A DNA stretch of 63,992 nt, counting the filler, from Pirum gemmata (Eukaryota): assembly GCA_002812295.1 (NCBI GenBank). It is 13 parts of 13 records of this genome, joined end to end, with 100 filler letters (N's around TTAATTAATTAA, not from the genome) between each part and the next. Parts side by side here need not be neighbours in the genome. Positions count along the whole stretch, not along the records: positions 24,349 to 29,124 come from PDIN01000924.1; positions 29,225 to 35,036 come from PDIN01000925.1; positions 35,137 to 39,858 come from PDIN01000926.1; 10 more parts are not named here. One strand, given 5' to 3'. A model generated the notes under the pieces. It ran no database searches. It saw nothing but the letters and a program-made list of their open reading frames with translations, and was not told the DNA's origin. Below are positions 25,400 to 38,356 of this stretch, piece after piece. Made by a program: the position numbers and the translations under genes. Within the stretch, counting starts at the first letter, position 1. The number at the start of each line of letters is the position of its first letter.

Positions 25400-25683
25400 G
25401 TATATCGACGACCATCGATATTTTTTCGATACATATCGAATTTCAAAAAAGTAGATCGATAGTCTATCGATAAATATCGAATGTATATAAGTTAACATCG
25501 ATAGTCTATCGATAAATATCGAATGTATATAAGTAAACATCGATAGTTTATCGATAAATATCGAATATTTAAAAGTCAATATCGATTTTTTTTTCGATAA
25601 TTATCGAATATTTGAAAGTCAATATCGATATTTTTTCGATAAATATCGAATGTTTGAAAGTCAGTATCGATAAACTTTTATCG
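25400..25683. repeat. ATCGAT/TATCGA-rich degenerate tandem array (units of about 40 bp)
   Basis: About 20 ATCGA words in 280 bp. Confidence 0.85.
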
Positions 25684-26258
25684 TGCTTTTCAGTTGTTGT
25701 TTTGTCATGATAAAATATACAATAAATTTAAAGAGTATCAAATTAATATAATATAAATCCATTTTATTTAATTTGGTATATTTTATAATCTAATTATTAA
25801 TTTTATAACTGACAAAATAAATATTCAGAGTGACAAAATAAATAAAAAGCACAATATAATATAAACCAGAATATAATCTACATTCATTCATGATGATATT
25901 ATCATAGTGGAGTAAAGTGGTCTGTATTCCTACTACTACTACCGGTATGATAAAAATAAGTCTACTTCCTGTTAAGGTTAGGATTAGGGTTAGGGTTAGG
26001 GTTAGGGTTAGGGTTAAGGTTAGGGTTAAGGTTAGGGTTAGGGTTAGGGTTAGAGGTTAGGGGTTAGGGTGAGGATTAGGGTTAGGGTTAGGGTTAGAAC
26101 CAGAACCAGAACCAGAACCAGAACGAAAACCAGAACCAGAACCATAACCAGACTACAGCCTACCTGTGTACCCGGCTGTATCAGCCTGTATGTACACTGT
26201 ACAGGCTCACAGTACAGCTACTAAGCTATGATAGTACTATCAGGATGATAGCTAGTAA

Positions 26259-26594
26259 GGGAGCGTTCAATAATTACGTAACGCCGATTTGGGACAAAAA
26301 CCTACCCTACTACCCCCCGTGTAACTGCCTGTCACGTTTGAGAAGGACTACCTACCCCTTATGACGNNNNNNNNNNNNNNNNNNNNNNNNNNNNNNNNNN
26401 NNNNNNNNNNNNNNNNNNNNNNNNNNNNNNNNNNNNNNNNNNNNNNNNNNNNNTATATATATATATAGCAAAAAAGTGGTTTTTTGCGTTATGTCATATT
26501 ACGAAAACCTACCCCCCTACTGCGTCACGGCCTGTCACAAAAATCCGACCCCCCCTACCTACCCCCAAGCGTTACGTAATTATTGAACGCTCCC
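26259..26594 (+). mobile_element. MITE family C, long form (Harbinger-like, TSD TAA)
   Basis: Perfect 26-bp TIR GGGAGCGTTCAATAATTACGTAACGC with TAA on both flanks. Confidence 0.9.
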
Positions 26595-26900
26595 TAAGCT
26601 ACTAGCTAGCTAGCTACTCACTAGTCACTACTCAGTACTCACAGTACTCAGCCAGTCTCAGACCTGAAAAGATAAATTTTCCAGTGAAATTTTCTGGAAA
26701 AAAGAAATTATATTTGAGATTTTTATAATATTTTCATTCTTTTTTTGGAAATATTTTGCATTTCAGTTAATTTTTTGAAGATCCGATTTTTACTATTGGT
26801 TGAAGCATTACTTTTTTACTGACTATCCTATAAGAGTGTGTCTTCTAAAGAGTCTTAGAGACTATCATAGCCAGTAGCTACAGTCTACAGAGATTTAGGG

Positions 26901-27130
26901 TAGGCCTCTCCCAACTCTGCTCAAACCCGAAAACTCGAATTTCTGCTGTCAAAAAAAAGCCAAAATTCAGCTCCGTTCGAAAAAAACTTTTTTTTTTTGT
27001 ATTTTTCGGGTTTATTAATAAATAAATATATTTGAATACTTAGTTATAATCTTGAGCATTTCGAACTTATTAATTAATATATAGACTCGAAATATCGATT
27101 TTTAAACAGAGCAGAATTGGGAGAAGCCTA
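26901..27130 (+). mobile_element. MITE family D (TIR TAGGC(C/T)TCTCCCAA(C/T)TCTGCTC)
   Basis: 22-bp inverted termini with 2 mismatches; partial second copy at about 33735-33800. Confidence 0.8.
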
Positions 27131-27371
27131 ACTTAGGGGGCGGGGCGTTCACATAATACGACATATCAAAGGGTAGGTAGGTAGGTGGTATTTGACTTAG
27201 CCTCTTAGTAGGTAGGGGGTATTTGAAGGGTATTTGAAGCTGTATCTGACCGGAAACTGGCGTTACGTATTATTTGAACGCTCCCTTTTACTAAAGACTT
27301 TTAAAAATAAGACTGGTTGTTAAAATTTTTAATTAAAAAATGTTTTCCAGCGCGTTTTAAATGTGGACCAG

Positions 27372-27696
27372 TTAGGGTTAGGGTTAGGGTTAGGGTTAGG
27401 GTTAGGGTTAGGGTTAGGGTTAGGGTTAGGGTTAGGGTTAGGGTTAGGGTTAGGGTTAGGGTTAGGGTTAGGGTTAGGGGTAGGGTTAGGGTTAATAGGG
27501 TTAGGGTTAGGGTTAGGGTTAGGTTTAAAGTTATTTATAAAAATACTATTAATAATGTACTATTATCGAAGTATTATCGATATATAAATATTAATAATTT
27601 TCACAGCATTAAAAAAAATACCGGTAGACAATAAGTCAATAGTTAGTGGGGTTAGGGTTAGGGTTAGGGTTAGGGTTAGGGTTAGGGTTAGGGTTA
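27372..27696. repeat. Interstitial (TTAGGG)n tracts (27372-27523 and 27650-27696)
   Basis: Canonical telomeric hexamers well inside a scaffold. Confidence 0.95.
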
Positions 27697-28540
27697 GCAC
27701 AACTGTTAAGGCAGCCTGAAAGCTGTCTGAAACTCGCTTGAAACAATGGAACCGAGTAGTCTACTAGCTAGCTAGCTAGCTGGAGCTATAGCTACTACGA
27801 GACCTATATGATACTACTAGCTTACCGGCTAGGGAGTCAGGGTGGTGGTTGCTACCGACGTGTGGTCATAGTACTCACTCGTATACACGTATACTTTCAA
27901 GTATCGTCTGTTTTCAATCGTCTGTTTAATTACAGTTGTCTTCTCAATCTTTAATTTGGCACTGTTTTAAGTATATAATCGAACTTCTTTATAAAATACA
28001 ACATTAAGTATAAAATAAAAATAATTGCAAATGCATGATTATCTTCATAATAACAATAGCAATGGAATCGGAGATATAAGCTTAAGGGTTTAAAGAAAGT
28101 TTAGGTACCTGCGTTCTGGGTCCTCGTCTACTCTACTATACTTTCCTACTAGGAGTATTAACAGTTGTCCTCTCAATCTTTAATATGGTATTGTTTAATT
28201 AAGTGTTTAATTGAAATTGTTTATAAAATGAAGAATTAAGTATAAAATATAAAATTAATTAAAACATGTTTGATTGTTTATTAACCATAATAATAATTTT
28301 GATACGTTTATTTCAGTTTTTGAACTGGACAACACTATTGAAAAACACGATATACAATGATACATGGTATATAATAATAATAATAATAATAATAATATAA
28401 TATATACTAATAATAATAATAATAATAATTTATTATTTTTAACCAATTTTTTGTTACTACATATGATACGATCTGAGTCTATTTTTAACTACTGTAATTA
28501 ATATTTATGCAAAAATTGGATAAAAATAATTTGGAAATAG

Positions 28541-29071
28541 GTGTTGTTGGTGTTTCTATTGCTGTGGTATTGCCTTTTGTAATTTTTAGCAAATGCTTTG
28601 GAAAAGAACAAATAAATTTGCATCTTTATGACGTAGGTCCTTATGGGCTCATTACTGGTAGGTTATTTCTGAATGGTATTAGTTAATAGTGTTTCATGTT
28701 TTGGGTAGGTTTCTGATAAGGGTTGGTGGTTAACATTTGAGTTTAGATATGGGACAAGAGTTATGGTCAGGGTTATGGTTAGGGTTAGGGTTAGGGTTAG
28801 GGTTAGGGTTAGGGTTAGGGTTAGAGTTAGAGTTAGAGCTAGGTTTAGTATTAGGGTATGACCACGGTTACGATTACGGGTTGAGTAGACTTTGGGTAAG
28901 GTTTATCCCATGTTGGTATTAATGTGTTTAAATTTTAAAAATAGGTTTGTTTTGGGGGTGTGGATATATTCATCAAACGTACGCGACAGTGATTTTAGGA
29001 ACTTCCGTTGGGTTCCCCCTTACACAAACCTGTATCTTGGTTAATGGAATGTGGGGTATATTTTTATATAG
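28541..29071 (+). CDS. TMEM144/GRP-like DMT-superfamily transporter, two internal exons
   Basis: Exons 28541-28657 and 28945-29071 join as ..GPYGLITGLFWGCGYIHQTYATVILGTSVGFPLTQTCILVNGMWGIFLY, the GLLW..G / G..VG.PL.Q / G.WGIF pattern of this family; the intron contains TTAGGG repeats. Confidence 0.72.
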
Positions 29072-30138
29072 GTAAATTACTGTGGATCATGTTAAATTAT
29101 TATTATTATTATTATTATTATTATNNNNNNNNNNNNNNNNNNNNNNNNNNNNNNNNNNNNNNNNNNNNTTAATTAATTAANNNNNNNNNNNNNNNNNNNN
29201 NNNNNNNNNNNNNNNNNNNNNNNNATCCCTCCCCCCATCCATTCAGTTATGATATTTATTTATTTATAGACCCTACAATCCCCCCTACACTTTTAAAAAA
29301 ATAAAAAATAAAAATACACGAAAAATAAAGAAAAATAAAGAACTTTTATTTTAGAAACTTTTTACAGAACCCTTTGGAGCACTTTTTGAGCTCAGCAGTA
29401 ACTAGCTAGCCAGCTAGAGACTAGCTAGCTAGACTGTACTGAGCTAGACTGCTAACTCTAGCTAGCTAGAAGTTCTGCTAGTAGCTAGTAGCTAGTAGCT
29501 AGAGAGAACGTTCAAAATGGTAATGTTTTGGAATTCCAGGACAGGATAGCCTTCTCAAAAAAGGATGTCACAGTGAGGTATTTTGAGTTACAGGGTCCAA
29601 TTTTATTATTTAGTTAGAGCACTATTTTAAAAATGACGTCACTGACCAAGTACTCTCCTCAAAAGTAACCCCTTCAAAATTTGAGTTAACGAGTATCACA
29701 CTTTTTTTTAAAATATTTGATCTGGAAAGAACTCCTCTAGCTAGCTAGCTAGCTTCAGTAGCTAGAGCTACTAGGGAAAAGGGTTTACTAAAAATAGAAA
29801 AATTGATTCTAAAGTTTACAAAAAGCAATGATGATAACTCTGAGTGTTAGCTAGCTAGCTAGGTGGTCTGTGCCACTCTACGGTGACAAAAAGCAAGGAG
29901 TTCAAGAAAAAAAAACCTTGAGAAAAAAACAGACAAAAATCACGACTCTATATATTATGATAACTATCGATACTCTAGCTAGCTAGTAGTAGCTAGCTAG
30001 ACCCAGTGACTCGCGAGCTACTAGCTAGCTAGTCCTAGCTACTACTACTAGTATAGCCGTAGCTAGTAGTATTCATAGACAAAAAGCATCAGGTAGACTA
30101 TGAACAGACAAAAAGCACAGACAAAAAGCACTAGCTAG

Positions 30139-30383
30139 GGGAGCGTTCAATAATTACGTAACGCTGGGGGGTAGGTAGGGGTGGTCGGATTTTTGTGACA
30201 GGCCGTGACGCAGGGGGGTAGGTTTTCGTAATATGACATAACGCAAAAAAAAAAAAAAAAAAAAGGTTAGGTCTAGGGTAATTTAGTGTACTATTTTCCA
30301 AATCGTTACGTCATAAGGGGTAGGTAGTCCTTCTCAAACGTGATAGGTTCCAAATCGGCGTTACGTAATTATTGAACGCTCCC
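30139..30383 (-). mobile_element. MITE family C, long form, inverted copy (TSD TAG)
   Basis: Same 26-bp TIR; interior is the reverse complement of 26259-26594; TAG on both flanks. Confidence 0.9.
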
Positions 30384-30600
30384 TAGCTAGCTAGTAGTAG
30401 AGAGACAAGCTATGATAGCTACTACTTGCTAGCTACTAGCTAGTAGTACTATCTGATAGTTAGTCTCTAGCTAGCTCTAGCTAGTCTACCATACCAAGTA
30501 GCAACAGATAACGATGTTCATAATAACAGTATAATAGCTAGTATAATAATATAATATCAGGAAAAAAAGTTAAAACCAACATTTCTACATCACAAGAGTA

Positions 30601-30790
30601 ACACAATTGCTAATCATAGACTGTGTAATTATATATTATGGTGTTATTATGAAAAGAACAAGTTAAAACCGAACGGCAATCATATTATTAACTTATACCA
30701 AATTATTATGAAGCAAATCAACAAATAACAACTATAATAATTATAAAATTAGCTATATAACTTTTAACCTACTGCTACTCCTTTTTATAA
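30601..30790 (+). repeat. Dispersed repeat of about 190 bp (family H)
   Basis: Aligns by eye with about 44004-44195 (ACAATTGCT..TTATGAAAAG..CAAATCAACAAAT..TACTGCT). Confidence 0.7.
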
Positions 30791-33790
30791 AGGAACACAG
30801 GACAAAAAAGTGGCAGCATAGCTATTAGTTGGACTATATGAATACTACATGACACAGATGAGCAAAGTATGATACAACTTCAAAAAACTATATTTATATA
30901 ACTGTAACCTATTATTGCTCCTTCTTTTTATAAAAATAAAAGGAAAACAGGAAATTTCTAACTTTCTATGATGAAAAAAAATATAACAAGACTCTGGTAG
31001 TAGCAACAAACAAAGATCAGAAGCAAACCAAGACACTAGCTAGCTAGCTAGCAGCCCCTAGACCGGACCCAGGAGAGCACAGTTCACTATCATAGCTATA
31101 GGACATTTTACTTTAGGGTCTTTAGAGTCTTTTAGACTAACTAAGTAGCTATATTTTTTAAAAAAAAAACTACATTTTACCACTTTTATTTATATCTTTT
31201 AAATTTTTTAATACCAGGACATTTTTAACTTTAACAGTAAACCAATCAGAGTACTTAATACTGTTCCTCTAGTAACTTTCTTCACTGCACGCAGCACGCA
31301 GCACTCTTACTTCCTACCAGAATTTCCTACTAGAGCTAGCTAGCTAGACCTAACTTATTATCCAGATTCAACTGAGCTCTACCTAGCCATACCAAGAGCT
31401 CTCCGAGAACTGTGAAAGGCACTGAAACAGCCAAAAGGGGTCAAAATGTCTATGGCTCCTGTTATAATATATCTAGCCTATTTTATATATGTGTATAAAG
31501 GTGTATAATAACTGTATATGACTTGTATATGGCTGTATTGGGCTGTGTTGAGCATCCCAGAACTATTCCAGTCTCCAGAATTTTAAGCAGATTGATTCAT
31601 TTGTAAAAAGTCTGATATCTGATACTACCTTTTTAATTAATAAAACATTATCAGATATTATCGATACTAATATTCTATGATAATATGATACTATTAAAAA
31701 ATTAATATTATATGATTTGTAATAATAGACTTTTAATACTTTAGCTTAGACCGGGGTCTACGCCCCACCACCCCAGGTTTAGTAGTAGTGCTTTTCAGTT
31801 GTTTTGTCATCATAAAACATATAATAAAGAGTACCAGATTAATACAATATAAATCCATTTAATTTAATTAGGTATGTTTTATTATCTATATATTAATTTT
31901 TAAACATGTCAATTTAAATGTTATAACCCACCAAATAAATATTCAAAGTGACAAAAGAAATGAAATTTAGAAGAACGATATAATATAAAATATATACACA
32001 ATATTATATTAATATATATTATGCACTAAATCGATATGATGTATCCCTTGAGTCATTCTTTTTAGTTAGAGAAGTCAATCTTGAGACTCTCTTGAGCTCT
32101 TGCATGTTGAGTCACTCCTTCAACTATCAATTTATTGCAATTTCCAGCTTTCTTATAAGCTTATTAAAAAAGTCTATCGATACAATAGGAGACTAGACAC
32201 AATATTAGGCTATTGGGACTCTATTGGGGTTATAAGGATGCTTTGCAATTATTCATAAAGTTACGATTTAATACCAAAAGATACAGTTTTTTTATGAGAG
32301 GTTATTAGGCTATTAGGGTTATAATACGGATGTTTTGCAATTAATAAAGTACGGTTAGGAAACTTAGGTTAGGGTATAGGGAGTGTACAGGGTTAGGGTA
32401 AAGGGAATTATGATATTAATAGCTAGCTAGTAGTCTAGCTAGCTAGGGGTAGTCAGAATTAGGGTTATAGGAGTTGTTATAGGGACTAGAGTATATTATG
32501 TAGTATTGTTTAGTTAAGAGTTATGATATTGGGAAATTTGTTTGGTATTATATCATATTACAATATTTTAATACTAAGCTCTCTAAGTCTCTCTAGTAGT
32601 AGCTACAGTAGTGTGAGTAGCTACAGTAGTATTATAATAGTAGCTAGCTCTATCAGATATCATAACTTAGTAGCTACTAGAACAGAATTAGGGCTATTAG
32701 GGACCAGCTGATAGGGACTAGTAGTATTGTTTAGTTAGAGTTATGATATTGGGAAATTTGTTTAGTATTATAATCATATTACAATACTAAGTTCTCTAAA
32801 AGTCTCTCTAGACTAGTAGTAGCTAGAAGAGTAGTGTGAGTAGCTACAGTAGTATTATTATAATAGTAGCTAGCTAGAGCGGGAGAGAATTTCACAGAGA
32901 AACTGGTTTGGTTTGGAACTTGAAAGTGTTTGGAACTTTGAGTATACTGTCAGCTGTACTGTCTGTCCATTTCGTTTATTTTTGTTCAGTTTTTTGTTTG
33001 TTGTTTTCTTATTTAGAAAATTTTATTTATAGAAAAGGCGAGTTTTGGGCTCTCGCAATGGCTCATAAATGCTTATAATAAAATTTCTATTCTCATGGGG
33101 CATGATGGGGGTAATGGGCAGATAATATGGGCTAAGTTCCCCAGCTAACTAGCTAGACTAGCTAAAATCTCTCTAGCTAGTAGGCTAAAATCTTCATTAT
33201 TTGGTGATCGAAAAAAAAAAAAAAAAAAAAAAAAAAAGTATTAGTGATACGATTACTTTATTATCATAAACAAAAGCTACTAGCTAGCTAGTCTATCTAT
33301 CAAGTGATATTATCATAGTAGTCTATCGTGCTTTTCAGTTGTTTTGTCAACATAAATATACAAAAAAAGAGTACCAAATTAATACAATATAAGTCCATTT
33401 CATTTAATTTGGTATATTTTATTATCTACATATTAATTTAAAAAAGTCAATTTAAATATCATAACCAACCAAATAAATATTTGGATTGACAAAATAAATG
33501 AAATGCACAATAGACCCAGCTACTAGCTAGCTAGAGTAGCCAGCTGAACAAGCAACTCTATCCGATAGTCTAGCTAGCTAGTAGTAGTAGCTAGTAGTAG
33601 CTAGCTAGCTAGTAGTAGCTAGCTAGCTAGAGGTAACTAGTCTATCAGATAGTCTAGCTAGCTAGCTAGAGTAGGTGGAACACAAAGGAGGGAACCCAAA
33701 GCACCCGCTTTGGGCTTCTCGGCTCTGAGAGGTAAGGCCTCTCCTCTCCCATTCCCAATTCTGCTCGAACCCAAAACCTCGAGTTTCTGC

Positions 33791-33850
<60 letters not shown>

Positions 33851-35220
33851 ACTTAGGGAGTGGAGCGTTCAAATACTACGTAACGCCAACTTCCGGTCAA
33901 ATACAGCTTCAAATACCTCTACCTACCTACCGCTCGACGTTAATTTCCGGTCAAATACCACCTACCTACCTACCCCTTGACGTGACGTATCAGTAGATAG
34001 ACTGTAGATANCAATAATAACAATAATAACAATAATAACAATAATAACAATAATAACAATAATAACAATAACATTAATAACGTGTTAACAATAATAACAA
34101 TAATAACAATAATAGCTATAGAGTCTCTAGTCTATTTTTTATACTTATTTGTACTACTAGATTACTTTTTTAAAAAAAGTTATGATAAAAAAAACAATAT
34201 TACTAGATTATGATATTTCGTAACTATTTGTAACACTAAACTCCTCGTATCATCCTGATAATCATCCTGTCCTATCATCCAAGTCCTATCTACCAAGTCC
34301 TATCATATGACTCCTATGACAAGCAAAAAAAAACCGATTAATTGGCGCAACTTACATAGCCAATGGTTTTCTCTTTTTTAAAAAAAGTAAAGAGTAATAT
34401 GGGAATTTTGAAAAGTTAACATATATGGATGGTAGTAGTGACTAATAATTGGTTGATTTGAGAATCGTGACTCGGTGTAACGGCTAGGGTGTAACGGTGT
34501 TGGTTGTTGAATCTGTTGTTGATGCTAGCGGCTAGCTATGGACCTATGGTAGGTTGATAATGATGAAACAGCTGACGTCTACCACTCGAAATCCAATCGA
34601 AATCCTGTGTTCTCACTATTACATATGATAATAATATTATATTAGTCTAGTGGCTCTACTGGCTAGCTAGTCTATCACAAGAAGGCAATTTACGAAAAAA
34701 CCCACACAGTAATATAAGGAAATATTAACCTGTCTGTTACCTTTTTTTAACATATACTTACCAACGGCCCCTACTTGCTTTTTGCTAGCTAGCTATGATA
34801 GTAAGTTGCTACTAGCTAGACTACTACTAGCTAGCTTGACTACTAGCTAGTAGCTAGCTAGTAGTAGCTAGGGTGTGTCTTTTCCGGACCTCGGACCTTT
34901 TTGAGCCTTTAGAGGGGATATTGATACCGGTTTAAGAAGATTTTTTCGTCATTTTGACGTATTTTTTTGGTTCGTATGGATACCGAATTCGGTATATAAT
35001 ACTACAAATTTAGAAATCAGAAGAAAAAATTTTCAANNNNNNNNNNNNNNNNNNNNNNNNNNNNNNNNNNNNNNNNNNNNTTAATTAATTAANNNNNNNN
35101 NNNNNNNNNNNNNNNNNNNNNNNNNNNNNNNNNNNNACGCTAACCCTAACCCTAACCCTAACCCTAACTAACCCTAACCCTAACCCTAACTAACCCTAAC
35201 CCTAAACTCCTAACCTATAG

Positions 35221-35412
35221 TTCGAAGAAGGGAATCGCGTGGTTATTGAATCGAATGCTTATCTCAATCATCTTACCCTACAACAGTCTGTTGCTGAGCC
35301 AAAATCATTAAACAGTGACAATGAAAATTCAAAACAATCCCTTAAACAAACTCATAATGTTAAAAAACAGCAAAGTCAAAATCAAAAGAAAAAGGGTAAA
35401 AAAAGACGATAA
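35221..35412 (+). CDS. Probable terminal exon of an unknown gene (Lys-rich, NLS-like tail)
   Basis: ctaacctatag| acceptor, then open frame FEEGNRVVIESNAYL..QKKKGKKRR ending in TAA. Confidence 0.5.
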   Translation, partial: FEEGNRVVIESNAYLNHLTLQQSVAEPKSLNSDNENSKQSLKQTHNVKKQQSQNQKKKGKKRR

Positions 35413-36493
35413 ATGATGACTTTGATAATGATTATCATTATCATTATCATTATCATTATCATTATCATTATCATTATCATTATCATTATCATTACCATTA
35501 TCATTATCATTATCATTAGGATTATGTTATTGATGTTTTATTGCTGGTTGTTAGGATTATGATGACTTTGATAATGATAATCATTATCATTATCATTATC
35601 ATTATGATTATGATTATGTTATTGGTGTTTTATTGCTGGTTGTTTGGATTATGATGACTTTGATAATGGTTATCATTATCATTGTCATTATCATTATCAT
35701 TATCATTATCATTACCATTATCATTATGATTATCATTACGATTATGTTATTGATGTTTTATTGCTGGTTGTTTGGATTATGATGACTTTGATAATGATTA
35801 TCATTATCATTATCATTATCATTATCATTATCATTATCATTTCAACTTAAAAATTGAAATAACTATTTTTTTAGATTACGATGATACTGCACTTGGCCTA
35901 ACTCTTAAGCCTAAGCCTAAGCCCAAGTTTATGATTTGTTTATGATTTATATGAAGGGTTAGGGTTAGGGTTAGGGTTAGGGTTAGGGTTAGGGTTAGGG
36001 TTAGGGTTAGGGTTAGGGTTAAAAGATCTAGATTTGTGATTTGTCAAAATTAAAATTAATTTTTATGATATTTTGCTATTTCTAGATTTGTGTTTGTTGA
36101 AATTAGAATTAAAATTTTAATTACATTTTCTTTTTTTTTTTGGTTGTTAAAATTAAAAATTAAAATTAAAATGGGACGCATGGTACTTAAAAATTTGTCA
36201 CAATTAAAAGTTAAATTTAAAATCGACTTATTATTTAATTACATTTACTTTTTTTTTCGGTTATTATGAAAAGTAAAAATTAAAATTAAATTGGAACACA
36301 TGGTACTTAAAAATTTGTCACAATTAAAATTTAAATTTAAAATCGACTTAACATTGCTTTATGATTTTTATGTTTATAAAATTTTACAAAATGTAGATTT
36401 AGAATTTGTCAAATTATAGTTGTATGCATAAGTTGTTAAAATTAAAATTTAAACTTGAAAATCAAATCAAATATTTTTTTGGATTAGATAGTA

Positions 36494-36731
36494 CTGGGAG
36501 ATACGGGAAAACATAATCGAATCAAACAGCTCGATCCTAATTATTAATTAATGACAATTTTGAAATGATATTCTTTTTTTTTCGAGTTTCAAGTTTTTTC
36601 TATGAAATTTCTAAGAATTTTGAAGGATTTTTTAAATGAAATCAAAAGTGAGTCCATGCTTAAAATTAGATCGAAAAGTTTCGAAAGCTTCGAACTAGTC
36701 TCGATTCGATGGCTTTTCCTGCATCTCCCTG
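36494..36731 (+). mobile_element. MITE family E (Tc1/mariner-like; TA-flanked C(T/A)GGGAGAT termini)
   Basis: TA|CTGGGAGATACGGGAAAA ... TTTTCCTGCATCTCCCTG|TA. Confidence 0.8.
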
Positions 36732-37362
36732 TACTTGGCTTATGATTTGTATGCATTTTGAAACATCTAGATTTGTCAAATTTAAAATTAATTTTTTATA
36801 ATGTTTTGCTATTTCTAGATTTGTAATTTGTCGAAATTAAAATTAAAATTAAAATCAAAAATAAAAAGTTTAATTAATTTTACCTTTTTTTGTAATTATA
36901 TATTAAAATTAAAAGTTAAAATTTAAAATAAATTATTTTCTTAGGACACAACAATTAAAATTTAAATTTAAAAGTGACTTAATGGTTTATAATTTTTATG
37001 TTTATAAATAAATAAATCAAATTATAATTAAAATTTTAAAATTTTAAAAATCGTATTGAATTTTACTATTTTTGAAATTGGTCAAAATTAAAATTTAAAT
37101 TTAAATTTGAAAATAGAATCAAATATTTTCTATTTATCATACAACTTTTATATTTGTTATTTGTCAAAATCAAAAATCAAAATTTAAAATTTTAAAATTC
37201 GAATTAAATTTTTATCATTTTTTGTAAATATTAAAACTACAATTAAAGTTAAAATTAAAATTTAAAAATCGAATTAAATTTTTTCTTGGGACAGGATGAT
37301 GGATGATTTTATGATGTTTACAAAAATGTAGATTCAGAATTTGTCAAAATTAAAATTTTTAA

Positions 37363-37587
37363 CCAAGCCGGATAAAAATGGCGACATCCGCCATATGAGC
37401 TCAAAAATCCAAAAAATCTCAAAATGATCCGATTTTAATGAAAGTACTACCAAATTTTGAGAAATAGTCTAACTAAGAAAACTCGATTATGAACCAATGG
37501 CTAGTTGTTAAAAATAATTTGGCTAGTTATTATTAAAGGTTTTTGGAAAAGAAGTCTAAAAAAAAATATGATTTCTACCGGCTTGGC
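37363..37587 (+). mobile_element. MITE family F (TIR CCAAGCCGG)
   Basis: Inverted termini CCAAGCCGG/CCGGCTTGG; reverse-complement copy at about 54937-55145. Confidence 0.75.
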
Positions 37588-38006
37588 TATTAAAATTAAA
37601 AAAAAAAAATTAAAAGTAGGATAAAATCCTATGGTTTGGTTTGGTTTGGTTTGTAACTGAAAAACGAACGCTTTGATTTAAAAATAATATTGGTAAATTT
37701 CAATGTTTTAATTTATTTTGTTATTTTGTTTTGTTTTGTTGTTTTGGTTCGGTTTGGCTCGGCCGGGTTTGGCTCGGTTCGGTTTGGTCCGGTTTTTTTG
37801 TTTTGTTTTGTTTTGTTTTGTTTTCGTTTTGTTTTGTTTTGTTTTGTTTTGTTTTGTTTTGTTTTGTTTTCCTTTGTTTTGTTTTGTTTAGTTTTATTTT
37901 GTTTTGTTTTTTGGTTTGGTTTGTTTTGGTTTGTTTTGGTTTGTTTTGGTTTGTTTTGGTTTGTTTTGGTTTGGTTTTGGTTTGGTTCTGTTTCGAACTT
38001 TTTCAT

Positions 38007-38324
38007 TCATTTTCGTTCGGTTTGGATCGGTTCGGATTTAAATTGATAATTTGCGGTTGTAACAATGTTGTAGATTTCATCATTGGCTTTTAGGCCAGCC
38101 AACCCAAAATGATCGTAAATATCTAAAATCTTTTCATTACAATTTTTTAGTTGATTGAGCACTCGAAAAATTAATAAAAAAGCTTCAAAATCCAAATCGA
38201 CACAGCCCCATTTTTCAATATGTGATTTACATAAATCATAAACCCCTACCTTACTACTACTCCTCCTCTTTCTATTTCTGCTACTACTACTCTTACTTTT
38301 ACTCTTACTATTACTATTACTATG

Positions 38325-38356
<32 letters not shown>

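Noticed and set aside
28541..28657. Resemblance of FGKEQINLHLYDV to the malate dehydrogenase N-terminus
   Set aside because: The exon splices in phase to a clearly DMT/TMEM144-type membrane exon; the MDH similarity is coincidental.
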